Source of the DNA: an uncultured virus (IMG/VR IMGVR_UViG_3300010223_000002)
Taxonomy: Duplodnaviria > Heunggongvirae > Uroviricota > Caudoviricetes
Direction: 5' to 3' (one strand)
IMG/VR virus record: IMGVR_UViG_3300010223_000002
Length of the DNA stretch: 55,404 nt
Made by a program: the position numbers and the translations under genes. Of this stretch, positions 40,956 to 49,094 are shown one piece after another. Numbering within the stretch: position 1 is the stretch's first letter; every line of letters begins with the position of its first letter. The notes beneath the pieces are model-generated. The model was not told where the DNA came from, did not search any database, and saw nothing but the letters and a program-made list of their open reading frames with translations.

Positions 40956-41634
40956 TCAAACTTAGTCCAATTAAATTTTTAATCTGCTGTTTTTCATCTT
41001 CTGTCAATACACTTAAACTGTCATAATCAAAATCTATATTTTCACACGCTTTCATATACTTTTGCAATACATCCACAAAACCATTTCCGAAAGCGTCTCG
41101 AAGCGGCTCAGATGCCAGCCCAGCGCCCCGCAATGCCTCCCCTACGGCGTCCACGTCTGCCGTCTGGATAGCTGCCCAACTGTCAGACAAACATCGCGCT
41201 AGATGGCAAAAGTAATCAACGACACCTTCACAAATGTTTTGATATGCTCTAAATCGACTTAATTTATGATCTGGCAAAAACCATACAATCACATTATTTT
41301 TAGCGTCTTTGTATGATGTAATACTAACCTTACCTGGATTTTGTTTTTTAAAGCTTTCTGCCTCTGTTTCATTTAGAAACATACATGATGGTCTAAACAT
41401 GTAATCATAACCATCATTATCTTCACTTCTCAAATTGCCAACATTATAGTTATATACGTTACTTCCCCAATTAGTCTTAATAGCCCAGTATGATATCAAA
41501 ATCCAAATACTTTCTTTATTTGGCGGAACCGAATTGAAGTACACTTCCCATCCTTTATGGATATACTTAATCATATCTTGTACAGATACATCAGTTTGAT
41601 TAGCTTGTACTTCATTTGGCATAATAAACTCCAT
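40936..41634 (-). CDS. GH73/FlgJ glucosaminidase-like protein, catalytic Glu apparently replaced by Lys
   Basis: WAIKTNWG (cf. AxExGWG), NYNVGNL, FRAYQNICEGVVDY. Confidence 0.55.
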   Translation of the reverse strand: MEFIMPNEVQANQTDVSVQDMIKYIHKGWEVYFNSVPPNKESIWILISYWAIKTNWGSNVYNYNVGNLRSEDNDGYDYMFRPSCMFLNETEAESFKKQNPGKVSITSYKDAKNNVIVWFLPDHKLSRFRAYQNICEGVVDYFCHLARCLSDSWAAIQTADVDAVGEALRGAGLASEPLRDAFGNGFVDVLQKYMKACENIDFDYDSLSVLTEDEKQQIKNLIGLSLIGEENG

Positions 41635-41727
41635 TTATTCCTTACCAAATACTATTTTACCAACATCTCCTAAATATACATCCGTAAGATGCAAAAATTT
41701 GATTGTAGTCAAAAAGAGCAGTAGACA

Positions 41728-42732
41728 TTATCCATAAATCCAATCGTAATTCACATTGTAATTTTGATCATTAGCTTGTAGAGCAATCTCTACTTCAGCT
41801 AAACACTGCTCAGCTGCGCCACCACAAAGTTCAATTGGGCCAGAATTGTCTTTAGTCCAATTAGATAACCAATCCATCAAATCTGGTATATTGATTAAAT
41901 CTTCACTACGCTCTAATATCTCTCTTATGTATTCAACTGATTCATTCTTAAATATACTAACAAAGTCATCCCAATCTTTGCCTGCTAACTGTCTACTATC
42001 AATGATATTTCTTTCTTGCATAAATTTAATAAGTCTAACCAAATCTTCACTATCCGCACTTGAATCCATGCAATATCTAAAGAATCCATAACCCTTGTCG
42101 TAATAGTCCACTTCGTAAGCATATTTAAATCCATGTTCCATATACCAAAATTTTAATTCATCTTCGCTAACTTCTCCTACAGTCATATCTCCATTATACA
42201 ATATACCAATAGGACGCTTACCATAGTTTTCATTCAAGTAATCACAAAACTGGTACATATCAAAATAAATATTATCCATATATTCTGGTTGAATGTCTAC
42301 AACTACCAAACTTCCATCTATTTTTTTTGATTTAGTCTGTTTTGCTATTATTGTAGGAATAGTTTTCCAACCCATTCCTATACTAACCGAAACTCTTCCC
42401 CTACCATCACCTATAACTGTTCCTTCTTTGGAATTTACAACTATGATTGGAGAAGATAGTGGAATCTTTTTATTCTTAATCCACTTTGGCGCTTCATCTC
42501 TAAAAGTACCTATTTCTCTTCTAGCATCTGCATCATTAATAAGCTCGCCTGGCTGCCATTCAACCCATGCGTCTATATCATCGAACTGATACAATTTTTT
42601 AATAGGATATTTAGCATAATATTCATACTCAAAATCTAACGAATTCAACTCTTGTTCATTGTATGATTCAGCATGTTCAAATGCATCGGCTAAATCATTT
42701 GGATTTATATCAGATATTCTAATCTTTTTCAT
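41728..42732 (-). CDS. Two-domain protein: ParB/Srx-like plus isochorismatase-like
   Basis: PIIVV...VIGDGRGR; LVVVDIQPEY...LCGGAAEQCL. Confidence 0.55.
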   Translation of the reverse strand: MKKIRISDINPNDLADAFEHAESYNEQELNSLDFEYEYYAKYPIKKLYQFDDIDAWVEWQPGELINDADARREIGTFRDEAPKWIKNKKIPLSSPIIVVNSKEGTVIGDGRGRVSVSIGMGWKTIPTIIAKQTKSKKIDGSLVVVDIQPEYMDNIYFDMYQFCDYLNENYGKRPIGILYNGDMTVGEVSEDELKFWYMEHGFKYAYEVDYYDKGYGFFRYCMDSSADSEDLVRLIKFMQERNIIDSRQLAGKDWDDFVSIFKNESVEYIREILERSEDLINIPDLMDWLSNWTKDNSGPIELCGGAAEQCLAEVEIALQANDQNYNVNYDWIYG

Positions 42733-42998
42733 GGCTCATTTTCGCTGGCTTCACTTCTATCTGTCAACAAATACAGTATATATCCGCCTAATATCATTGG
42801 AACTGTTGATACTAAAATACCAGCAAATATATCAAACCACTTAGATTCTCCATTATCTTGTTTAACTAAATCTTCCGTTTCTTTTTCAACATCATTTTTA
42901 TCAGTAGAAGTATTAGTTGCGCTACTATCTGTAGAACGATGTTTAATAACACTTATTGGGAAAAGTTGAAATTTTTCAGGTGGCGTATACTCTGCCAT
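42729..42998 (-). CDS. Small membrane protein
   Basis: C-terminal TM segment IFAGILVSTVPMILGGYILYLL. Confidence 0.6.
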   Translation of the reverse strand: MAEYTPPEKFQLFPISVIKHRSTDSSATNTSTDKNDVEKETEDLVKQDNGESKWFDIFAGILVSTVPMILGGYILYLLTDRSEASENEP

Positions 42999-43473
42999 GA
43001 CTATCCCTCATTGAATGTTTTCTTAGTAATTTGACAAAATCAGTATTAGATAACGGTAAAATACCAACTCCAGCTTTCGCCAAATCTGATCCCCGAGTAG
43101 CACGTATTAAATCTATTATTTCATTGTAACTAAAGTGTGGATGCAAATTTAAAATGGTTAATGCCGCTATCAACGAACTTCTATTAACTCCCATTGCACA
43201 AGTGCTAAGTATAGTATTCCCTTCTAGCACTTTTTGAGAAACAAAATCTGCTGTTTCAATAGCCATTTTTATATCTGACTTTCTCATAGGTATACAATCA
43301 TCCATAGGAGCCCTAATAACTCCCACATTTTTCCAATAGGATTTAGATGGCTGATATTCTTCTGCGGCTAATACTACTGTATCACAAACCAATTCTATCG
43401 GATCGCCTTCTTTTGGAGCGCTACCAATATACATGTAGTTAGTTATCTTAGTTACATCTAATCTACGTGGCAT
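42976..43473 (-). CDS. Dual-specificity phosphatase (CX5R)
   Basis: MYIGS, PMDD, TCAMGVNRSS P-loop, IR..R, N..F. Confidence 0.8.
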   Translation of the reverse strand: MPRRLDVTKITNYMYIGSAPKEGDPIELVCDTVVLAAEEYQPSKSYWKNVGVIRAPMDDCIPMRKSDIKMAIETADFVSQKVLEGNTILSTCAMGVNRSSLIAALTILNLHPHFSYNEIIDLIRATRGSDLAKAGVGILPLSNTDFVKLLRKHSMRDSHGRVYAT

Positions 43474-43481
43474 TTTATTTC

Positions 43482-43805
43482 CTACTTAGGCAAGCGATAC
43501 ATTGAATGGGATATTTCGTAATCTTTATTACGACCTTTATTTTCTACAAAACCAAACTGCTTGTAAAACTTTTTAAGTCTAGTTACAGAACTGGCTCCAA
43601 AATCTTTAGAAGGACTAAGCTCTACCCGCTTTCCGACTGCATCTGCATAATCACATATATCTTGCATTACTTTACTACCTAAGCCTTTTCCTCGTTCAGA
43701 CTTAGATACAATTATCTTGTATATAACTATTGCATCTTCACTTTCGACTATGTGAACGTCTACATAGTCCGATTTCCATTTTTCATTCAATAATATCACT
43801 GGCAC
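43482..43805 (-). CDS. GNAT acetyltransferase
   Basis: VSKSERGKGLGSKVM, LKKFYKQFGF. Confidence 0.85.
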   Translation of the reverse strand: MPVILLNEKWKSDYVDVHIVESEDAIVIYKIIVSKSERGKGLGSKVMQDICDYADAVGKRVELSPSKDFGASSVTRLKKFYKQFGFVENKGRNKDYEISHSMYRLPK

Positions 43806-44104
43806 CCATTAGAACTAAATAGCTTAGCTTCCTGACAATTTTTAGCCTTTGGAATACACTGTGGATAAACCGTAGTCCAATCTTCAACTTCTATTTGTCT
43901 ACATAAATCTGCGCATTTTATACCATCAGCTGTTGGCTGCGCTTCCACTTTACATGCATCATCATATTTAGCAAAATGCTCCCAAGCTGCGCATGCTTGA
44001 TCGCAAATGTCACCAGAGGTAGGGGGAGGCGGCGAAGGATCGGGTTTGGGACCACAGGCGCATAGTGAAATTAGAAACGGAAGTGCTATGATTAACTTTT
44101 TCAT
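43796..44104 (-). CDS. Cys-rich lipoprotein
   Basis: Signal MKKLIIALPFLISLCAC, Pro-rich linker, paired Cys. Confidence 0.65.
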   Translation of the reverse strand: MKKLIIALPFLISLCACGPKPDPSPPPPTSGDICDQACAAWEHFAKYDDACKVEAQPTADGIKCADLCRQIEVEDWTTVYPQCIPKAKNCQEAKLFSSNGCQ

Positions 44105-44118
44105 TTTATTTGTCTTTC

Positions 44119-45394
44119 TTAGAACTTATTGAACAGCGCGCCAGCCATAAGATTTCTTGACACTGGTATATCACTGTATTCTTGTATGTAATGCCATGTA
44201 TCTTCATCAGATTGACCACTAGGAGATAGATATATTTTATTTTCACTAGGTGAATAATTGCCTCCGGCATAAGCCGCATTAGATACGTTTGCATTCACAT
44301 TATTTAAATATGAAATTACAGTTTCAGTATTGCAATCAAGATAGCACCATTCGTCTTGTGAGCCTTGAATAAAAGGTACAAAATAAATTTTATTATCTAC
44401 TGGACTATAAACAGCCCCGTTGTATGCATAATTTTCTGATGAAACTAATCCATGTTCATATGCAATTACTTCTCCAGTATCACAATCGATATAATGCCAA
44501 TCATCTTGTGGAGCTTGACCAGATGGACTAAAATAAATTCTGTTATTATTTGGTGAATATGCTCCTCCTACATATCCATATTGAATAACTAATACTCCAT
44601 GTTCATATGCAACCACATTACCAGTATCACAATCAATNNNNNNNNNNTTGATTAGCTTGACCAAAAGGTACAAAATAAATTCGGTTTTGAGTCGGACTAT
44701 AAACTCCAGCATTATATGCACTTGCGACTGTTGTTATTCCTTCATGTGTATATGCAACTACATTACCATTATCACAATCTACATAATGCCATTCAGATTG
44801 AGTACCCTGTTCACTAGGTACAAAATAAATACGATTTTGTGTTGGACTATAAACTCCGCATTGATACGCACTATCAATAGCTGTTGTGCCATGTGCATAA
44901 GCAACAACTTCTCCAGTATTACAATCAATGTAATGCCAATTAATTTCGTTAGCTTGTCCATAAGGAACAAAATAAATACGATTTTGTGTAGGACTATATG
45001 CGCCTCCAGCATATGATCCACTTATTGTAGCTCCAGCACCATGTGCATAAGCAACAACTTTTCCAATATTACAATCAATGTAATGCCAATTAGGTTGAAT
45101 TGCTTGTGCTGCTGGTACAAGATAAATTCGGTTTTGAGTCGGACTATAAACACCACCAACATATGCATTATTAACAGGAACAACCCCCGAATCATTCAAA
45201 TAACTTCCAACCCCAAAACTAACCTTTTCGGCTTGCTCTTGTAGAGGTTCAAGGTAATTAAGCAGTTCTGTTTGATTGAAGTCATCCAATCTCAAACTAG
45301 GAATGTGAGTAACTTTCCTAATTCGATTGTACAATTTAAGTAATTGAGACTGAATCTCAAATTGAGTCGTGCCAGTTAGCATTGGTTTATTCAT
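44119..45394 (-). CDS. Seven-repeat beta-propeller protein, paralog of 38436..39695, split only by a scaffold gap
   Basis: Same N-terminus (PMLTGTTQFEIQ) and C-terminus (VSRNLMAG); four repeats before and three after the N run. Confidence 0.75.
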
Positions 45395-45410
45395 TACAAT
45401 TACTCCTCAA

Positions 45411-46031
45411 TCAAAAACTAGGTTTAGCACATTCTGCTAAAAGCGAATGTCCCCAAGGATTTTCGCAACCAGTTATTGCTCTAACTAATCCATCTTTAAA
45501 AAGTCTTGCGTCTGGCGGCACTACAATAGTCTTACCAATTATTCCTACTCTAAATCTACACGGACATTCTTTAGTTGGAATTACATTAGGCTTGCCGCCG
45601 CAGGATTGTCCTGGCATAGTCGGAGAAATTTCACTCAATAATTGTTGTTTACCATCACAAGACTTTACCCAGTTATTATCTATTTTGACTTGCCAACAAC
45701 CAAAATTCCATGCAGCATGATAACTACTAGAAAAATCCTTAGATCTACAATACGAGGCTTTAAAAACTTCATCCGATATTGTGAAATCTGGGAAATTCTT
45801 AGCTAAACAATCTTTCACTTCATATGTCATATCATCTATATATGCTAAGTCATAGTTGATCCCACCAGTATCAACAGGAATTCCAGCGGGAGTTTTAGTA
45901 TTCACTTTTACGTCATAATCATCCAACGACATATTGGATATTCTATTCAATCCACAATCCTTCATGCTTGGTCCACTGCAACCTAAGCATGCAATAATTG
46001 GCAAAGCTAACAATAGCTTATTCATTATCAA
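45411..46031 (-). CDS. Cys-rich lipoprotein
   Basis: Signal MNKLLLALPIIACLGC. Confidence 0.65.
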   Translation of the reverse strand: MIMNKLLLALPIIACLGCSGPSMKDCGLNRISNMSLDDYDVKVNTKTPAGIPVDTGGINYDLAYIDDMTYEVKDCLAKNFPDFTISDEVFKASYCRSKDFSSSYHAAWNFGCWQVKIDNNWVKSCDGKQQLLSEISPTMPGQSCGGKPNVIPTKECPCRFRVGIIGKTIVVPPDARLFKDGLVRAITGCENPWGHSLLAECAKPSF

Positions 46032-46039
46032 ATCTCCAA

Positions 46040-46390
46040 TTAGTATTTATTAAACAACGCCCCTGCCATCAAATTACGTGATACTGGTATATCACTGTAT
46101 TCTTGAATGTAGTGCCAAACAGATTGAGGTGCTTGTTGAAATGGTACAAAATAAATACGATTTTCAGTGGAACTATATGTTCCTGAAGAGTATGCTTGAC
46201 TAACTGCTGTCACATTATTACTATATTCAACTACGTTTCCAGTATCGCAATCTATATAATGCCAATTGGTTTCGGACGACTGTAAAGCAGGTACAAAATA
46301 AATTCGATTTTGTGTTGGACTGTACACTCCACCATAATATGCAAAGTTAATTGCTGTAACTCCATGTTCGTAAGCTACAACTTCACCAGA
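46040..46390 (-). pseudogene. 5'-truncated beta-propeller gene (last ~2 blades)
   Basis: SGEVVAYEHG...YSPTQNRIYFVP...PVSRNLMAGALFNKY; upstream ATG is out of frame. Confidence 0.75.
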
Positions 46391-46409
46391 TTTTTAGTTT
46401 TAATCATTA

Positions 46410-46622
46410 CTACACTCCTCTAAAAATAGAGTAAGCTTCAGCGTTAAATGGTATGAAAGACTTACCGGTCTGCACTCTTACACCTTGAAGATGACCATAA
46501 TAGTATACAGGCATTATTTTGAAATCTTGAAAACCATAACTAATCAAAACCTGAAATAATTCTCCAACTGTTTCAGGCTTTTCTTCTACAATCGCATTAT
46601 GCATTTCTTGTGCATTAGTCAC
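46410..46622 (-). CDS. Hypothetical protein
   Basis: 70-aa ORF. Confidence 0.5.
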   Translation of the reverse strand: MTNAQEMHNAIVEEKPETVGELFQVLISYGFQDFKIMPVYYYGHLQGVRVQTGKSFIPFNAEAYSIFRGV

Positions 46623-46626
46623 TTAA

Positions 46627-47427
46627 TCATATCCTTAACTTAGGCATTGATTTAATAACTGTGAATTCAGTCAAATATTTCAATACTGTATCATAACCAA
46701 TTCTAAATACTCCATTGTAACCAAATCTTCTGCCGTGACTATTTATTACTTCCACATTTTTATTTATATCATCATATCCAACTATTGTCATTGCATGTCC
46801 ACCTAAACTGGGACCAACATAATCATACACATCATCTTCATTCTTATTTTCCCAATCAACAAACTTTTTATCTACATTCATGCCAAATTGAATAGGTCTC
46901 TGCTCTACACCTATTACTTGCTTAATTCTTTCCCACAAAATAACATCAAAATCATATATACGCTCAACTTGCAATGGCTTATTAGGTCTAGCTTTGGTAT
47001 ATGTAGCCCAATCTGGCTTAGTAAAAACATCCTTATTTTCAGGCCAACTACTTGCTAATGGTATACCAACATGATTCACTGCTTCGATAGCAGAAAATAT
47101 GTATGTACCAGTATTGCGCCATTCAGCACCATGAGTTTGCCTACTCCAATAATATATTGCATAAATAGACGCTTCTGTTACTGGCTCACTCGGAAATATA
47201 ATAGAGTGCAAAATTATTAAAGACATAACCAAACTATTGGCTACGCAACTAGGATCTTTTTGTTCAAAACGTATATCATGCGAGTGAGATAAAAGTGAGT
47301 GCTTTTGTGGATAAATACCACCCGCTGCCCCACATTGAATCATACTATCTTTATTTACTCGTTTAACTAACTTGCCGAGCTTAATATCGATAGACTTAGG
47401 TTGAAATTCTAATCCTAAATGTTTCAT
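46627..47427 (-). CDS. Papain-like (C1) cysteine peptidase
   Basis: QKDPSCVANS (Q, C), GGHAMTIVGYD (H), INSHG...GYNGVF (N). Confidence 0.85.
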   Translation of the reverse strand: MKHLGLEFQPKSIDIKLGKLVKRVNKDSMIQCGAAGGIYPQKHSLLSHSHDIRFEQKDPSCVANSLVMSLIILHSIIFPSEPVTEASIYAIYYWSRQTHGAEWRNTGTYIFSAIEAVNHVGIPLASSWPENKDVFTKPDWATYTKARPNKPLQVERIYDFDVILWERIKQVIGVEQRPIQFGMNVDKKFVDWENKNEDDVYDYVGPSLGGHAMTIVGYDDINKNVEVINSHGRRFGYNGVFRIGYDTVLKYLTEFTVIKSMPKLRI

Positions 47428-47471
47428 TGATATACTCCTTATTCAAATGTTTGAACCCCCCCACTATCATA

Positions 47472-47867
47472 TTACGAACGAATTATCTTTCTTTTTCTTC
47501 TAGGAGTTACTTCTATAACTACTTCATCATCATCATCATCATCATCTTTATCTACTTGATTCTCTTCATCATCATCTGCATTTAATAAAGCTTCTTCCCA
47601 TGCTTCTGGAGTTTCGCCTGGAGGAGCTATACCTAAGAAATTATCCCTTTCTTCAGCTATAATTAGTCCTTTAGTATCCTGAGACACCATAGAACCAACA
47701 AAATTAGCTACGCCTCTTTTACATAATGCAAAACAAGCAATAGGCTCGAACCATACACCGTTATCTTCTTCATCTAAAAATACTGCATTCCACCCTTTTT
47801 CTACATTTGTTATACCTATAATATTGGAAGGTTTGCGCTTTACAGAAGTTTCTTTCTTATCTACCAT
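47472..47867 (-). CDS. Hypothetical protein with acidic then basic tail
   Basis: Start MVDKKE after GGAG RBS. Confidence 0.6.
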   Translation of the reverse strand: MVDKKETSVKRKPSNIIGITNVEKGWNAVFLDEEDNGVWFEPIACFALCKRGVANFVGSMVSQDTKGLIIAEERDNFLGIAPPGETPEAWEEALLNADDDEENQVDKDDDDDDDEVVIEVTPRRKRKIIRS

Positions 47868-47975
47868 ATTCTTTCTCCAATCTCCGATGCATGTGCTACC
47901 CTGGAAGGGTAAAGGCTCTAGTGGTCCTAGTGTACCACGAAGTGGCCACATTTCGCTCACAGAAAGGCGAGAACC

Positions 47976-48284
47976 ATGGCATCCGTAGCTGATAGAACCC
48001 GTCGCATTGTAAAAACTAAATCTGGTAATGGTTACGTTATCAAGTTTAAGGGTATGGCAATTTATACCCCGAAAACTAATTTCAAAGTAACTAAGTCAGG
48101 TCCTAATGCGACAGTTACTTACCTCAGTGGTGGGGTAAACAAGCCAAAGGTAGAAGTTAAGGTTGGTAATAAAGTAGAAAAAGATTGGATCGTATACTTC
48201 ACGAAAGCATACAAAGATACACCCAAGCGCAAAGAAGAAGGTCTTGCAACTAAAGCTGGAAGACTAAATCAAATTAAGAAGTAG
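47976..48284 (+). CDS. Basic hypothetical protein
   Basis: Lys-rich ORF. Confidence 0.6.
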   Translation: MASVADRTRRIVKTKSGNGYVIKFKGMAIYTPKTNFKVTKSGPNATVTYLSGGVNKPKVEVKVGNKVEKDWIVYFTKAYKDTPKRKEEGLATKAGRLNQIKK

Positions 48285-48291
48285 GTGTGCT

Positions 48292-48636
48292 ATGGCTGCA
48301 CAAAAAGCACCTACTGTTAAACGTATAATAGAATGGTTTAATTTAAACCAATATTCAGCTAATCCTGAAAAAGATGCTGAACAAATAAGAAAATCAATCC
48401 AAGAAGATAATTCATATAAAGCGCTAGAAAAAGTCGACAAAATAATTAATGCTCATGGCATTGAAGCTATTAGAGGCGAATACGGTATAGTTGCTCATTA
48501 CGTTAATACCGGAGATACATATAACGCAACATTATTACATGATGTAAATAAAAATAAGCTATATCTAACTACTTGGGGTGATTGGGTTGAAAAAAACAAT
48601 CGTAAATATGGTATCGACAAAATAACTCAATACTAA
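48292..48636 (+). CDS. Phage hypothetical protein
   Basis: HGIEAI...YVNTGDTYNATLL...TWGDWVE. Confidence 0.65.
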   Translation: MAAQKAPTVKRIIEWFNLNQYSANPEKDAEQIRKSIQEDNSYKALEKVDKIINAHGIEAIRGEYGIVAHYVNTGDTYNATLLHDVNKNKLYLTTWGDWVEKNNRKYGIDKITQY

Positions 48637-48645
48637 GGAGATTTA

Positions 48646-49065
48646 ATGTACGGCAAACTGTTAGCATGTTTAGTAACATTAGCACCCATGCCAATGTTAG
48701 CTTCTAGCTGCACCTGCCACGATGCAATCCCACTTTTTGCAGAAAGTCAAAATCTTATTGATGAAGCTGCTCAAAGCTTAGCAAAAGCTGAGAGCATTAT
48801 AGATATGAGCGGAGACGTTCTTAGCACCGAACAAAAAATGAAAGTTCAAAGTGCTATCGTTCAAGCCCATTCAGCTTTACAAAAAGCAAATGTTGCTATA
48901 CGTAAGGCTAAAGAACAATGTGAAGTACCAAACTATCCTACTATATTCAAAGAGTTTAACGCTGCATGGACTATTATTCGAGAGATTTTGCCCTTCGTAT
49001 TAGCAAAAAGTAAAGAAATGGGATTTTCCTCCGTAGACGATCCAACCGTCTATTCTTTCCAATAA
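48646..49065 (+). CDS. Helical putative lipoprotein
   Basis: Signal ending LASSC; amphipathic helices. Confidence 0.55.
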   Translation: MYGKLLACLVTLAPMPMLASSCTCHDAIPLFAESQNLIDEAAQSLAKAESIIDMSGDVLSTEQKMKVQSAIVQAHSALQKANVAIRKAKEQCEVPNYPTIFKEFNAAWTIIREILPFVLAKSKEMGFSSVDDPTVYSFQ

Positions 49066-49094
49066 AATTTAATAATTCAATTCGAGGGATAGGT

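Noticed and set aside
44119..45394. Programmed frameshift or split gene in the propeller
   Set aside because: The break coincides with the 10-N gap; the same applies to the methyltransferase at 31789-31798.
36757..46390. Diversity-generating retroelement
   Set aside because: No reverse transcriptase in the window, and differences between copies are not adenine-restricted.
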